NCBI GenBank assembly: GCA_030141605.1 | Contig: JAQGDQ010001591.1 | Span: forward strand, 1 to 33,402 | From: Tubiluchus corallicola | Lineage: Eukaryota > Animalia > Priapulida | Direction of reading: 5' to 3' | Length of the DNA: 33,402 nucleotides | Shown: one piece after another, positions 23,022-33,402 of the stretch | Layout: the number at the start of each line of letters is the position of its first letter | How positions within the stretch are numbered: position 1 is the stretch's first letter | Translations under genes and position numbers: made by a program | Notes under the pieces: generated by a model | Seen by the model: only the letters and a program-made list of their open reading frames with translations | Database searches by the model: none | Told to the model about the DNA's origin: nothing

Positions 23022-25295
23022 TTAGCCTTTACTAGCCTCAGGCTGCTAACACAATCATGTTTTAATTATTAACAAAAATTTAATAAGCAGCAAAATGTTT
23101 TTAATTAAAAATTTCTCACATGATTTTTTTCCTGTTAAAAATCATGTGTGGATTTTTCATGTTTGAAATAAAATTTGCCACTGAAAAAAGTCAGTGTTAA
23201 AGGAAAGCCCAAGATTCGAAATCAAAGTATTTTGTGCATTGACATTTTACTAAGTTTTATGTTGTTTATGATATTAACTTTCTAACTTCTTTGCGTATTT
23301 ACTACGCAGCGCCATAAAACCTAACACACCACATGCGTTTGGGGATCTCCGTCTTATAAATACTAAATGAGAAACTGGAAAAATGACGTTTCGACCTTTA
23401 CAGACGGTTATTTTCAGTGTGTTTTTGTGACTGTGTTTTAATAAAACTACGGTACAAAATTAAAAATAGAAAAACAACAGGGAAAACCAGTATTTGAAGA
23501 CTTATTCGGGTAATAATTCTACAACAGGGTAAAAAAATCTTATTAATTTTTGAAAAAAACATTCAGATATGCCTGGTAGATGCACTACTGACATCTTAAC
23601 AGTTAATTAATTCTACACAAGTCTGACCATGTAATAGGTTACTGTTTTTCACTATAACTTATTCCTCATAGAAAATAATTTATCAAATAAGATTGAAAAT
23701 GTTCAAATCACAAAATTTCAAATGACCTGGTAAAAAAATCTAGATTTCTGAACGAATTTTGTCGCTAACTTATTTAGGCAAGAATTATAAAGAGGTGTCC
23801 ATAAACTTGAAATATATGTCCACAAAATCTTGTTCATAGCACTTCATATACTGTAACGCCAACGGCTAGCCTAATGATTTCTACGTTACCAAAAGCACAA
23901 ATTAATAGTCAAAGATGTCTGGTCTCTGACTCTCTGTATGACGCCAGTGTACTGCAGAATTTGCTGATAATAATGTACGCGCGAAATTTTCACATGCAAT
24001 ATCCACATTCACATGCATTGTTTACTGATCATCAATAAATTAATGATGAGTAAACAACTAATATTTGGCAAAAATATTTAGAATAAATATAATGTTGTCT
24101 AACATTAGAAGCTATTATGTTAACAGTTGCCGGTTTTCGCTTATTAAAAGGAAATCACTACTAGGGAATACCTCTTCTAAACACGTTTCGACTCATCCGA
24201 GATTTTCAGCACAATTAAATTATATGTGACTCGTACAATATATCGTTTTGTCACTTGTAAACAGGCTTCGTCACCTACCAAAATAGTACTGTGTTGATTT
24301 AAATAACCTCTTAATTGGTAGATGTTGCTACTTGAACCAGACCACCGAATTCTAGGGTTGTGGCTGCGTATGCCAAAAATATTTTTTCGTATTTTAGTTT
24401 ATAGGGTTTTTTTGGATAAGAATCTGACTACTGCAGACTACACGATGGTGCACTCGGTCTCTGTAACGGTTTAAGCAAGACACTTTCGGTCCAGGTTCTG
24501 TAAAAAAGGTAATCAAAAATTGGACAAAAGGCAATTCGTTTTACAATAGTTAAAACTCAAATGTGCTGCGTAAGAAGTGTACTGAATCGCTATCTTGCAG
24601 TATTTGCAACTCAAACTGTGACAAGTATGCACCTCAAGTCCATACTCGGACTTCTGCAGGCAAGCGATTAGTTATGCGAATTGCGAATTGGAAAGGCGAG
24701 AAGCATTGCGCATAGCAGAATTAAATAGCTGAGTGGTCCCACAGGTGATTGGCTACGAAAGTTACGCAGCAGCATGTCTGTTTGTCCGTTTGTCCACCGG
24801 AATAAACTGACTGTATGATTTCAACTGCTATACAGCTTCGGCTTTTTGCTGAAAGTGGATGTGTGTATAGTTTTGCATGACCGAACACTTTAACACATCA
24901 CTGCTGGCTCTACACTAAATTAATAGGATTTTCTCTATGATAAAGGGAAACATTCGGATACTCACTACCATTTAATTTTAGAAGTAGCAGTTTGGTACTG
25001 GATTCCAGTACATAATGAATCCAGCATAAAATGGCATAACTTATATCATGCAGTAATGTATAAAGCAAAATCAAAAATATACAGCCAAACATTTTTATAG
25101 TCAATACGTTTTATTTTTATTTTTTATATTGTTACGTAGTCCAAATAGAATTCTCAATAAGAAATAGATTGTTTCATTAAATGAGCAGTAAATATGCCAT
25201 AATTCACAAAAAATCATTAGTTAATTACACTTCACCAGCCACGATAGTATAAACAATGGACAGACAATCCATGGAGACAAATTTAATCAGGCTCT

Positions 25296-25708
25296 CTAAT
25301 TATGATGAATATAAATTGCGGTTAGTAGCGCCAAAGAAGCGATTGTCAGTTTAGATGCCACATACTTTGCAAGACCACCGTTCAGCATCGCAAACACCCG
25401 CACAGGAGCACCCGAACCATCCCTGATGTTCATAGGTATGGCGAATACAGTGTAACCAGCAGGCGGTAACCGATCCAAGTTTGCCAGGAGATCTATTATT
25501 CCAATGCTGTGTTCTGCTTGAACAAGTTGATGCACTTGAAATGTTGGATCAACGCCAGGATCCAAAGCCAAATCAGATCCGAATAATTTGACGTGTCGAT
25601 TTTCAATCAGCCATTTCACGGCTTCAACGTCAATTCCCGGAGTGTGCCATTTTCCTTCATCATCCACGCCAAAGACTGCTCGGATGTCGTCGCCTCCTCT
25701 ATGTCTTC
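25296..25708 (-). CDS. Cyclase family (kynurenine formamidase/isatin hydrolase-like) protein, exon 2
   Basis: ctctcattctAG acceptor at 25709. Reads G|RHRGGDDIRAVFG..HTPGIDVEAVKWL..HQLV..ANLDRLPPAG..PMNIRDGSGAPVRVFA with a hydrophobic C-terminus. Confidence 0.9.
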
Positions 25709-26204
25709 CTAGAATGAGAGTTTACTCGTATAAAATGACTTAAAAGGTCTAAGTCAAATCAAGTTTTAAAGCAAAAGAACGAAAATCAAAATGCAATTGA
25801 ATCGACCTAACCACACAGACCGACAGATGTCACTAGGAGAATTGTCGCTGCGGCTGCAGTGCCACTCTTTGTAGATAATGCCATTTTTGCTAATAAAATG
25901 TGAAATGGTAGAAACTGTTTACTTTGTCATAAAGTGCATGATTGTTACTCTTTTAAATAAACAATGACAAATTTGTGGGTTTATTCTGGAATTATTGACA
26001 GGAACCTACTGTAACAGGTTACAATAAAAAATAAATCAAATCGATTCGTAATCCAGTCAAATAAAATCAACGTTTAAATTAAATCTCATGTTCGGATTGT
26101 GTTTGTTTATTTACAAAATGATACTGCTAAATTCTGGAGGTTTAGTCGTTTACTGAGTAATTTATAACGGCAACCAATAGACCTGAAATTCTTGAAATTT
26201 TTAC

Positions 26205-26649
26205 CTGTGTTTAGGAAGAAAATACTCTTGTCTGGAATTCTTCCATAGGCTATTTCCCAGTCGTTAATATCATCCATTGTTGCAACGTAATCAGGATTTT
26301 CTTCACTCTTTGCTGATATGTCCAACATGACTCCATTTCCAATGAGCTCGCTAAGAGGCATTTCTCCAATTGTTCTCTCACCATCTTTCATATGTAGCGG
26401 TGCATCTAGATGTGTTCCTGTATGCTCAACTAGGCACATCTTATTCGTCTGATAATAAACCCCGTGTTCATTTGTCTGTTTGTAATAGACGCTCATGTTA
26501 AACGGCGGATGCGAAACAAGCGGTATTTCTATCATCTGGTTGTGGTAGAGGCGCGTCAAGTCAATTATTTCTCCATGCTCATTTGCGTTAACGTGAACGT
26601 TAATAAGCGCTGTAATAACGGCTACAATGAGAAAAAGTTTGAGCTCCAT
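26205..26649 (-). CDS. Cyclase family protein, exon 1 (signal peptide + metal-binding motif)
   Basis: Signal peptide MELKLFLIVAVITALINVHVNA, then IIDLT, EHTGTHLDAPLH (HxGTHxDxPxH), WEIAYGRIP and FFLNTG|GTAA donor. Spliced CDS is 858 nt = 285 aa. Confidence 0.92.
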
Positions 26650-26952
26650 GGCAGAGACCAGCCAAGAATTTTCTTGATAGCGGACTCTGGATGGTTTAGT
26701 TTTAACCGGGGCAACTGTTATCTTACAACTAGGTCAAGGTTTGTTATTTACAATGCTTTTTGTTTATACAAGCTGGCTTCACAATTCATGGTTCGATTTA
26801 CGCAACAGAACTTTTACAATATTTTCATGTGCAACTGAAGTTTTGCAATGTTGGGTAAACAACTAGTAGCTTAAGTGAGTATTCTAAATGAACAGCTGGA
26901 TTAAAATGCAGGTCTTTCTAATTATTCTTTTTTAATTTTACATATATGCAAA

Positions 26953-27106
<154 letters not shown>

Positions 27107-27661
27107 TTATTTTATTTATTGTATATCTTTTGTTCAGATAGAATGATTAATTGTTATGCGGACATTAATGCAAATTACTTCAATTTTTTCCTTGCTCGTT
27201 TATTCGCTTCACTATTCATTGGGTCCATCTATCAAATCATTAAGTTAGACAATCAGTCAATCAGTCAGTCAGTCATTCAGTCCATCAGTCAATTAGCCAT
27301 TAAGTCAGGTAGTTAGTTAGACGGTAGGTTGGTCGGCTGGTTAATTAGTCAGCAGATTATTCTGGCGCTATCTGTTCTGCGTTTTTAACTTATTTCTAGA
27401 CCTTAGTCTAGACTTCTCAGTTTTTGATTGAGTACTTTGTCACTGAACACTGAAATACGTTGTTTAGGCAGCTGAGAGAATCCGAATGTACCGAATGTAC
27501 TTATGTGTTCCCAGGCAAAAAAATGCAGTCGTCTATGGTGCAGCACCACTGTTTGCCATCATCACGTGTCACGATATATAACATATATACAAGTATCACT
27601 ATATACTATACACACACACACAACGCACACGCACGCACGTACGCACGCGCACGCACGCACG

Positions 27662-27692
<31 letters not shown>

Positions 27693-28226
27693 ATGTCTCA
27701 CTCAGCTCTTTCTCTCTCTCTATATATATATATATATATTGATTGCACGTCTTTACTGGGAAAAGCCATATCCGGAGAAAACTCTATAATATTGAATTAA
27801 AGCAAGAAAAACTTCAAATATTACTTAGCAAGCAAGAATTACCTAACGAGTCAGTTCTGTGTGGCTGGACCTGTACAGTATCAGATTATTTCTAAAATCC
27901 AAAGCTAATTTCGGTAGTCAAAAATCTGTCCTCGAGAATATTTCGCTTTCTTCCGAATTCTAAAAATTTAATGGGCCTACGACTTGAAGTGAGTGAAATC
28001 AATGACTCCTTTTCTGCTAACTGAAGAAAACCGGGACTCTTCTTGGTTTAAGCTCTTCTTTTGACCAACAGATGAAGCAGCGTTCGCGTTTTAAAACATT
28101 ATAAGATTAGATAATGTCTAATTTATATATTAAGAATTTCCTGCAAAAATGCTAAACAAATTTAGTTATATTATTATAATAATATTACCATGTAGATACT
28201 TAATATAGAATGACATGTGAGCTTAC

Positions 28227-28352
28227 CACAATCAAGTTCGTCACTTCCGTCACTGCAGTCGTCAGCGCCGTCACAAAATTTTTTATTTGCCACGCACTGA
28301 TCCCCAGATGAACACTTTGTGTAAGCATCAGGCGGATTGCAGTTGTAGCTTT
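28227..28352 (-). CDS. LDLa-repeat protein, LDLa exon 6
   Basis: ttttacAG..G|GTAAG, 126 nt: [42 protein letters not shown]. Confidence 0.9.
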
Positions 28353-28597
28353 CTGTAAAAACAGAAACTGAGAAAGTTAAAACAACATCTTTCTCCTGTA
28401 AGTTTGGTCTTGTATCTTAGCTGTTTCCGTAATGCAACATAGTATCACTCAATTTGATAATATGTTCCCCGATTTTCTGCTGCATGGCAAGTATCTACGT
28501 TGTTTAAGTCACGTGAAGACTTTAAGTTATTCTAGATTTCTTCATGAATATCGAAGGTCGAATAACAACTACCAGAAAACAATCAATAAACATCTCT

Positions 28598-28976
<379 letters not shown>

Positions 28977-29088
28977 TTTTTTCTCTCTTTCTCTCTCTCT
29001 CTTTCTCTCCTTTTTTTCTTTAACACGTTTTCGCCATTCCTTTCTTCTTGATCCCATTATCAGATATGAAATTTAAAGCGTTACATAC

Positions 29089-29232
29089 CACAAAAGCTTG
29101 CCAACTCATCGCTCCCATCTTGACAGTCCATCTCACCATCACAGTTTTTTACTTCAAGGTAACACTGTTCTCTGTCAACACAAGGGACATAGTCACCAGA
29201 AGTTATTGCAGTACAGTCACGTGTAAAAGTAT
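29089..29232 (-). CDS. LDLa-repeat protein, LDLa exon 5
   Basis: atttcAG..G|GTATGT, 144 nt: DTFTRDCTAITSGDYVPCVDREQCYLEVKNCDGEMDCQDGSDELASFC. Confidence 0.9.
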
Positions 29233-29559
29233 CTGAAATAAAACGTAGTTTTGAATCATTTCGTGCCACAACATTTCAGGGCCATGCTACTTCACATTGT
29301 GTCACCTCAAGTTGTGTCACCTCACATCACATTAACGTAAGATAAGAAAAAACATTTTTGAGGATAAGTAGATTGTCTTTTACAACAAGCTCCTGATTGG
29401 TGTACACTCTGCAAACAATATTCGGGTTAATACCAGAAAAAATATAATTTGAATAAAAACAAATCATCTTAAAATTTAAAAGCAGATCAAAAAGACGAAA
29501 TTTAAAAAGCACAATACAATTGAAATAATACTCTTGAAAAAAGCTTTGAGGTGACCCCT

Positions 29560-30290
29560 AAACAAGTATAGGGTGCCTCCTCAAGGGTGCGTCCTGTCTG
29601 CAATTCTATACACTTTGTTTACACATGACTGTGAAGTACCTTCCCCAAATTAAAATTCGCTGATGATACCACACTGTCTGGCCTTATTTGCAGTAACAAT
29701 GAGATTAATTATTTTCTGGAAGTTCAAATTTTAACACGATGGTGCGAACAGAATAATTTAGAACTGAATGTTTCAAAAACAAAAGAGATTATCGTAGATT
29801 TTTGAAAAGAGACTGATGGAAAAGCACCTTTGCTTATAAATAAGACAGCTGTAGACATTGTTAAAGATTTCGAATTTCTGGTAATAAAAATTTGAAATGA
29901 TGTGGAAAGCAAAATGGGAAGCTCTGTTGTGTAAAAAAGGCCCGCCAGCATTTGTACTGTTTTTAAGACAACTCAAATCATTTAACATTGCCCCTGCTGT
30001 GATGGAGAGTTTTTATCGTGCAGTAATTGAAAGCGTCTTAATAACATCCCTCACTGTTTGATATGGTGCTACCAAGCAGGGAGATCGCAATGCTCCTGAT
30101 CAGGCTGTTAAATCCGCCTCAAAAATCATACGAGTTGAACAGCAGTCTATGGAATATTTGTAAGAAACTAGGGTCGCAAAGAGAGCCCAAGTTATCACAA
30201 AGGATGAATTCCATCCAGGTTGAAATGGAAACGTTACAAAGTCTCTCTTTATCAAAACAGCCAAAGTATGCACTATTTAAGCTATTTCAT
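29560..30290 (+). mobile_element. 5'-truncated, decayed Rex1/Babar-like LINE (RT C-terminal part)
   Basis: PPQGCVLSAILYTLFTHDC / KFADDTTLSGLI..WCEQNNLELNVSKTKEIIVDF* / LRQLKSFN..FYRAVIESVL..YG, with frameshifts and stops. Confidence 0.85.
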
Positions 30291-30407
30291 TAAGCAACAC
30301 AATTTAGAGGAAATTTGCACATTCTTGAAAAGAATAAAACGTTTTAAAGAATAAATAAGCATTGCAAAAGCGTTCGTCCTTAAATCGCAATACTCTAATT
30401 TCTCTTT

Positions 30408-30563
<156 letters not shown>

Positions 30564-30753
30564 TAACACTCTCTTTTCCCCCTTTCTCTCTGTATCTTTG
30601 CCTCCTTCCTCTCCCTACGTCTCAATTCAAAAAACGAAGAACCGAAGTCGTCGAGTTATAGACCACAATATTCCACAAAACCGTTTTCCGTAATATTTAC
30701 TCAAGACATTTGATGCAACCATTAGGAATTTAAGCCACAAAAAATTATCTCAC

Positions 30754-30879
30754 CACAGAAGGCTTCGTCCGTCGCGTCTATGCAGTCAACTTTCCCGTCA
30801 CAGCGAATAAGCTGCTCGTCTTGAAGACATTGAACCTTTGATGTACATTGGAAATACCCAGCAAGACACTGATAACCAT
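30754..30879 (-). CDS. LDLa-repeat protein, LDLa exon 4
   Basis: ttttgcAG..G|GTGAG, 126 nt: DGYQCLAGYFQCTSKVQCLQDEQLIRCDGKVDCIDATDEAFC. Confidence 0.9.
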
Positions 30880-31432
30880 CTGCAAAAACAACAGGTTTGT
30901 TCAATTAATTGTCTACATGGATCCAAAAAATATTAGCATCTACTTATGCAATAAAGTCATTAAATAAACATCTACATACACAAAGAATTTATTAAATTTA
31001 AGCATCTGCATATGCAATAGAATCACCAAATTTAAGCGTTACACATATAAATATATAATGGCTTCACTAAAGCATCTGTGCGATGGAATGAATTAGTTTC
31101 ACTGAAGCCTTATTCTACATAGGCAATGGATCTTTTAATTCAAGCGTCTACTTATGGAATAGATCAATCAAATTTAAGCAGCTACATTATGCAATGAATC
31201 AAATTTTCAATTTTCATACTTAGCTGTCTTAACACGATATGACGTCCTTTATTCATCCCCCTCGACAGCACTGGGAAATGATTTTGTATTAATTTTGTTA
31301 AATGACTTTAAATCGTACAATGTCACTTGCTTTGACAAATATTGAATTAATTTTTTACAAACGACGTGAATTATTCTGTGTTGAAATGAACTGAACTGCA
31401 TAAAGTTAATGTTGACTTTCTAGTCAACTTAC

Positions 31433-31552
31433 CACACATTTCGTCTGAACCATCTGCACAGGTCTCTTCTCCATTGCAACGTTCCGTAGCTTCTGGATAA
31501 CACTTGCTACCGTCATCACATTTAAGATATCCAGTCAAACAGTTGTATGAAT
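31433..31552 (-). CDS. LDLa-repeat protein, LDLa exon 3
   Basis: ttttcaAG..G|GTAAGT, 120 nt: [40 protein letters not shown]. Confidence 0.88.
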
Positions 31553-31863
31553 CTTGAAAATGAGAACAGAAAACGGGCTGCTAGTTTTGCTTGTCAGCCA
31601 TTTTGTCTCAAAGCTGCTATATTAGTGTTAAAATAATAAGTGATAATTCATGTGATTAACTTTTTTATATTATACAAGACTTTGTAATACAAATATACAT
31701 TATCACAATTGAAAATACAGTAACAACATATCACTGTATCTGTTACGTGTAAATATTTGAATAATAGTGGTTTGAATCGCGAAAGAGAGAAACGCGAAAA
31801 CCGAAAGTTTATGAAATTTATGGTCTGCGCAAAATCTTCCTATTTCTGATTTGGGAATCTTAC

Positions 31864-31980
31864 CACATTGCATTTCGTCACTTCCGTCTCCGCAGTCTGA
31901 TACTCCGTCGCATCTTAACATTTCTGCGTAGCATTTTTCTGCGTTTGCGCAGCTAAGGTAGCCATTTAAACAGTTCAGTT
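31864..31980 (-). CDS. LDLa-repeat protein, LDLa exon 2
   Basis: tttttttAG..G|GTAAG, 117 nt: ELNCLNGYLSCANAEKCYAEMLRCDGVSDCGDGSDEMQC. Confidence 0.9.
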
Positions 31981-32149
31981 CTAAAAAAATCCAAAAAATT
32001 ATAATTCACGATTTTGTAATTTATAATTATAATTCATAATTCATCAATTTTTCTAAAAATATATAAATTAGGTAAATTGTCAATTACACATCTAGATTCG
32101 TATACAATTTTTTCACAGTTTTGTGGTGTTACGTAGTTCTTCGATAGCT

Positions 32150-32712
32150 GTGCTTAATTAATTAGGCCTAATAGTTACAACACGAGTGTTGTGTAATTTA
32201 CAATTGTGTATGAAGTTCACCCCACTAACCGTCTAATGTTTAACAATGTTAGTTGACATATTACATGACTCTTCGATTACTTAGTAATAGCTAATTGATA
32301 ATTAACTGCCACACATGTGACAATTGTATTTAGAGTTATGATCACACGTGGATTTGGATATATAACAATGGTTTAATAACTCATTGCTACCACATAAGTC
32401 TTCTAGTATTTAAATTGTCAACTAGCAGTACCACATGGATCATCTGGTGTTTAGCAATAGTCAGGCTAACTAATAGTTACCGCACAAGTCTTCCTGTGTT
32501 TAGCAATGGTTAATCAATAGTTCCACAAAAGTCTTTTAAGGAATAAAAATGTTATTAAATCTCCTCTAATTTAGTAAATCTTCTAGTGCTTAGTAATACT
32601 TCAATAAGCACTACCACATATGTCTCTTGCTTCTTCTATTAGCAAATGTTTAACAAACTATGTGTCCTCAAGTTTTCTAGAATTTAGCAACTGTTAACTA
32701 ATAGCTACCACA
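32150..32712. repeat. Degenerate ~40-50 bp tandem repeat in LDLa intron
   Basis: Recurring taatag(c/t)taccaca..(g)tcttct..tttagcaa units. Confidence 0.6.
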
Positions 32713-32834
32713 TGAGCCTTCATCGGAGCCGTCATCGCAGTTTACGTTGCCGTTGCACACAAGTGTTGACTCAATGCACTGTTCACCGTCCATACACATG
32801 AACTCACCAACATCACAATCAATAGCAAGGACAA
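32709..32834 (-). CDS. LDLa-repeat protein, LDLa exon 1 (probably follows a signal-peptide exon outside the window)
   Basis: tgtttatAG..G|GTAGCT, 126 nt: xVLAIDCDVGEFMCMDGEQCIESTLVCNGNVNCDDGSDEGSC; VLA resembles a signal cleavage site. Confidence 0.88.
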
Positions 32835-33129
32835 CTATAAACAAAGACGAAATGGTTTGTTATTAATTTAATGCGTAATAGTGCTAATTAATTTCAGTAT
32901 GTGTATATAAGTAAGTACTGCTGGATTCAGAATTCGATTGGCTGAGATGATGCGATATTAGAATTTGTTCAAAAACGGAACGCATCGCTTAGAAATGTGG
33001 CAATAAAGATGAAGCGATCACTGATTTCACCGTGCTGTTGCAAAACTCAGTTTAAATTCATTTCGGAAAGTTGTATTACAGAAGTCTTTAGCTTAAGTCA
33101 ATATTGGGACCAATGAAGAGTTTTTATTC

Positions 33130-33402
33130 GTGTAGTCATGAAATTATGTAATCATTATTACAATTTTGTTATTATTATTGTTAATAAATTCTCAAAAACA
33201 CTAAAACTTACTGCAACTGGTGTAGTCATGAATTTATGCAATTATTATTACAATTTTGTTATTATTATTGTTAATAAATTCTCAAATACACTAAAACTTA
33301 CTACAACTGGTGTAGTCATGAATTTATGCAATTATTATTACAATTTTGTCATTATTATTGTTAATAAATTCTCAAATACACTAAAACTTACTACAACTGG
33401 TG
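33130..33402. repeat. 90 bp tandem repeat, 3 copies, running off the window
   Basis: tgtagtcatgaa(t/a)ttatg...ctaaaacttact(a/g)caactgg at 33131, 33221 and 33311. Confidence 0.95.

Noticed and set aside
23380-24210. Penelope-like acgtttcgac motifs and a CR1-like NKIENVQ fragment
   Set aside because: Short motifs only; no boundaries or continuous frame.
10874-26649. Bacterial contamination or recent HGT of the DUF268 and cyclase genes
   Set aside because: The cyclase has a spliceosomal intron and signal peptide, DUF268 has a eukaryote-style type II anchor, both families are known in invertebrates, and the flanks are host repeats.

Overview
AT-rich, intron-containing animal (probably invertebrate) genomic DNA with many microsatellites and transposon remnants; it is not prokaryotic. 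I read four host genes by hand. (1) The last two exons of a Mab-21/cGAS-like receptor (cGLR) gene on + (12547-12734, 14820-15101). A hydrophobic helix plus Gly-rich tail sits in the +1 frame across its stop codon. (2) An intronless DUF268-type, methyltransferase-like type II membrane protein on - (10874-11959), just upstream of and antisense to the cGLR exons. (3) A gene on - with seven LDL-receptor class A (LDLa) repeats, one per phase-1 exon (32834 down to 22752). (4) A complete two-exon secreted, GPI-like cyclase (kynurenine formamidase/isatin hydrolase family) gene inside an intron of the LDLa gene on the same strand. Mobile DNA includes an LTR-element 3' end with a baculovirus-F-like env, PPT and LTR, a decayed Sola1-like transposase, nested non-autonomous Helitrons, a Rex1/Babar-like LINE fragment and several MITEs. 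All family assignments come from motif recognition by eye, not database searches.
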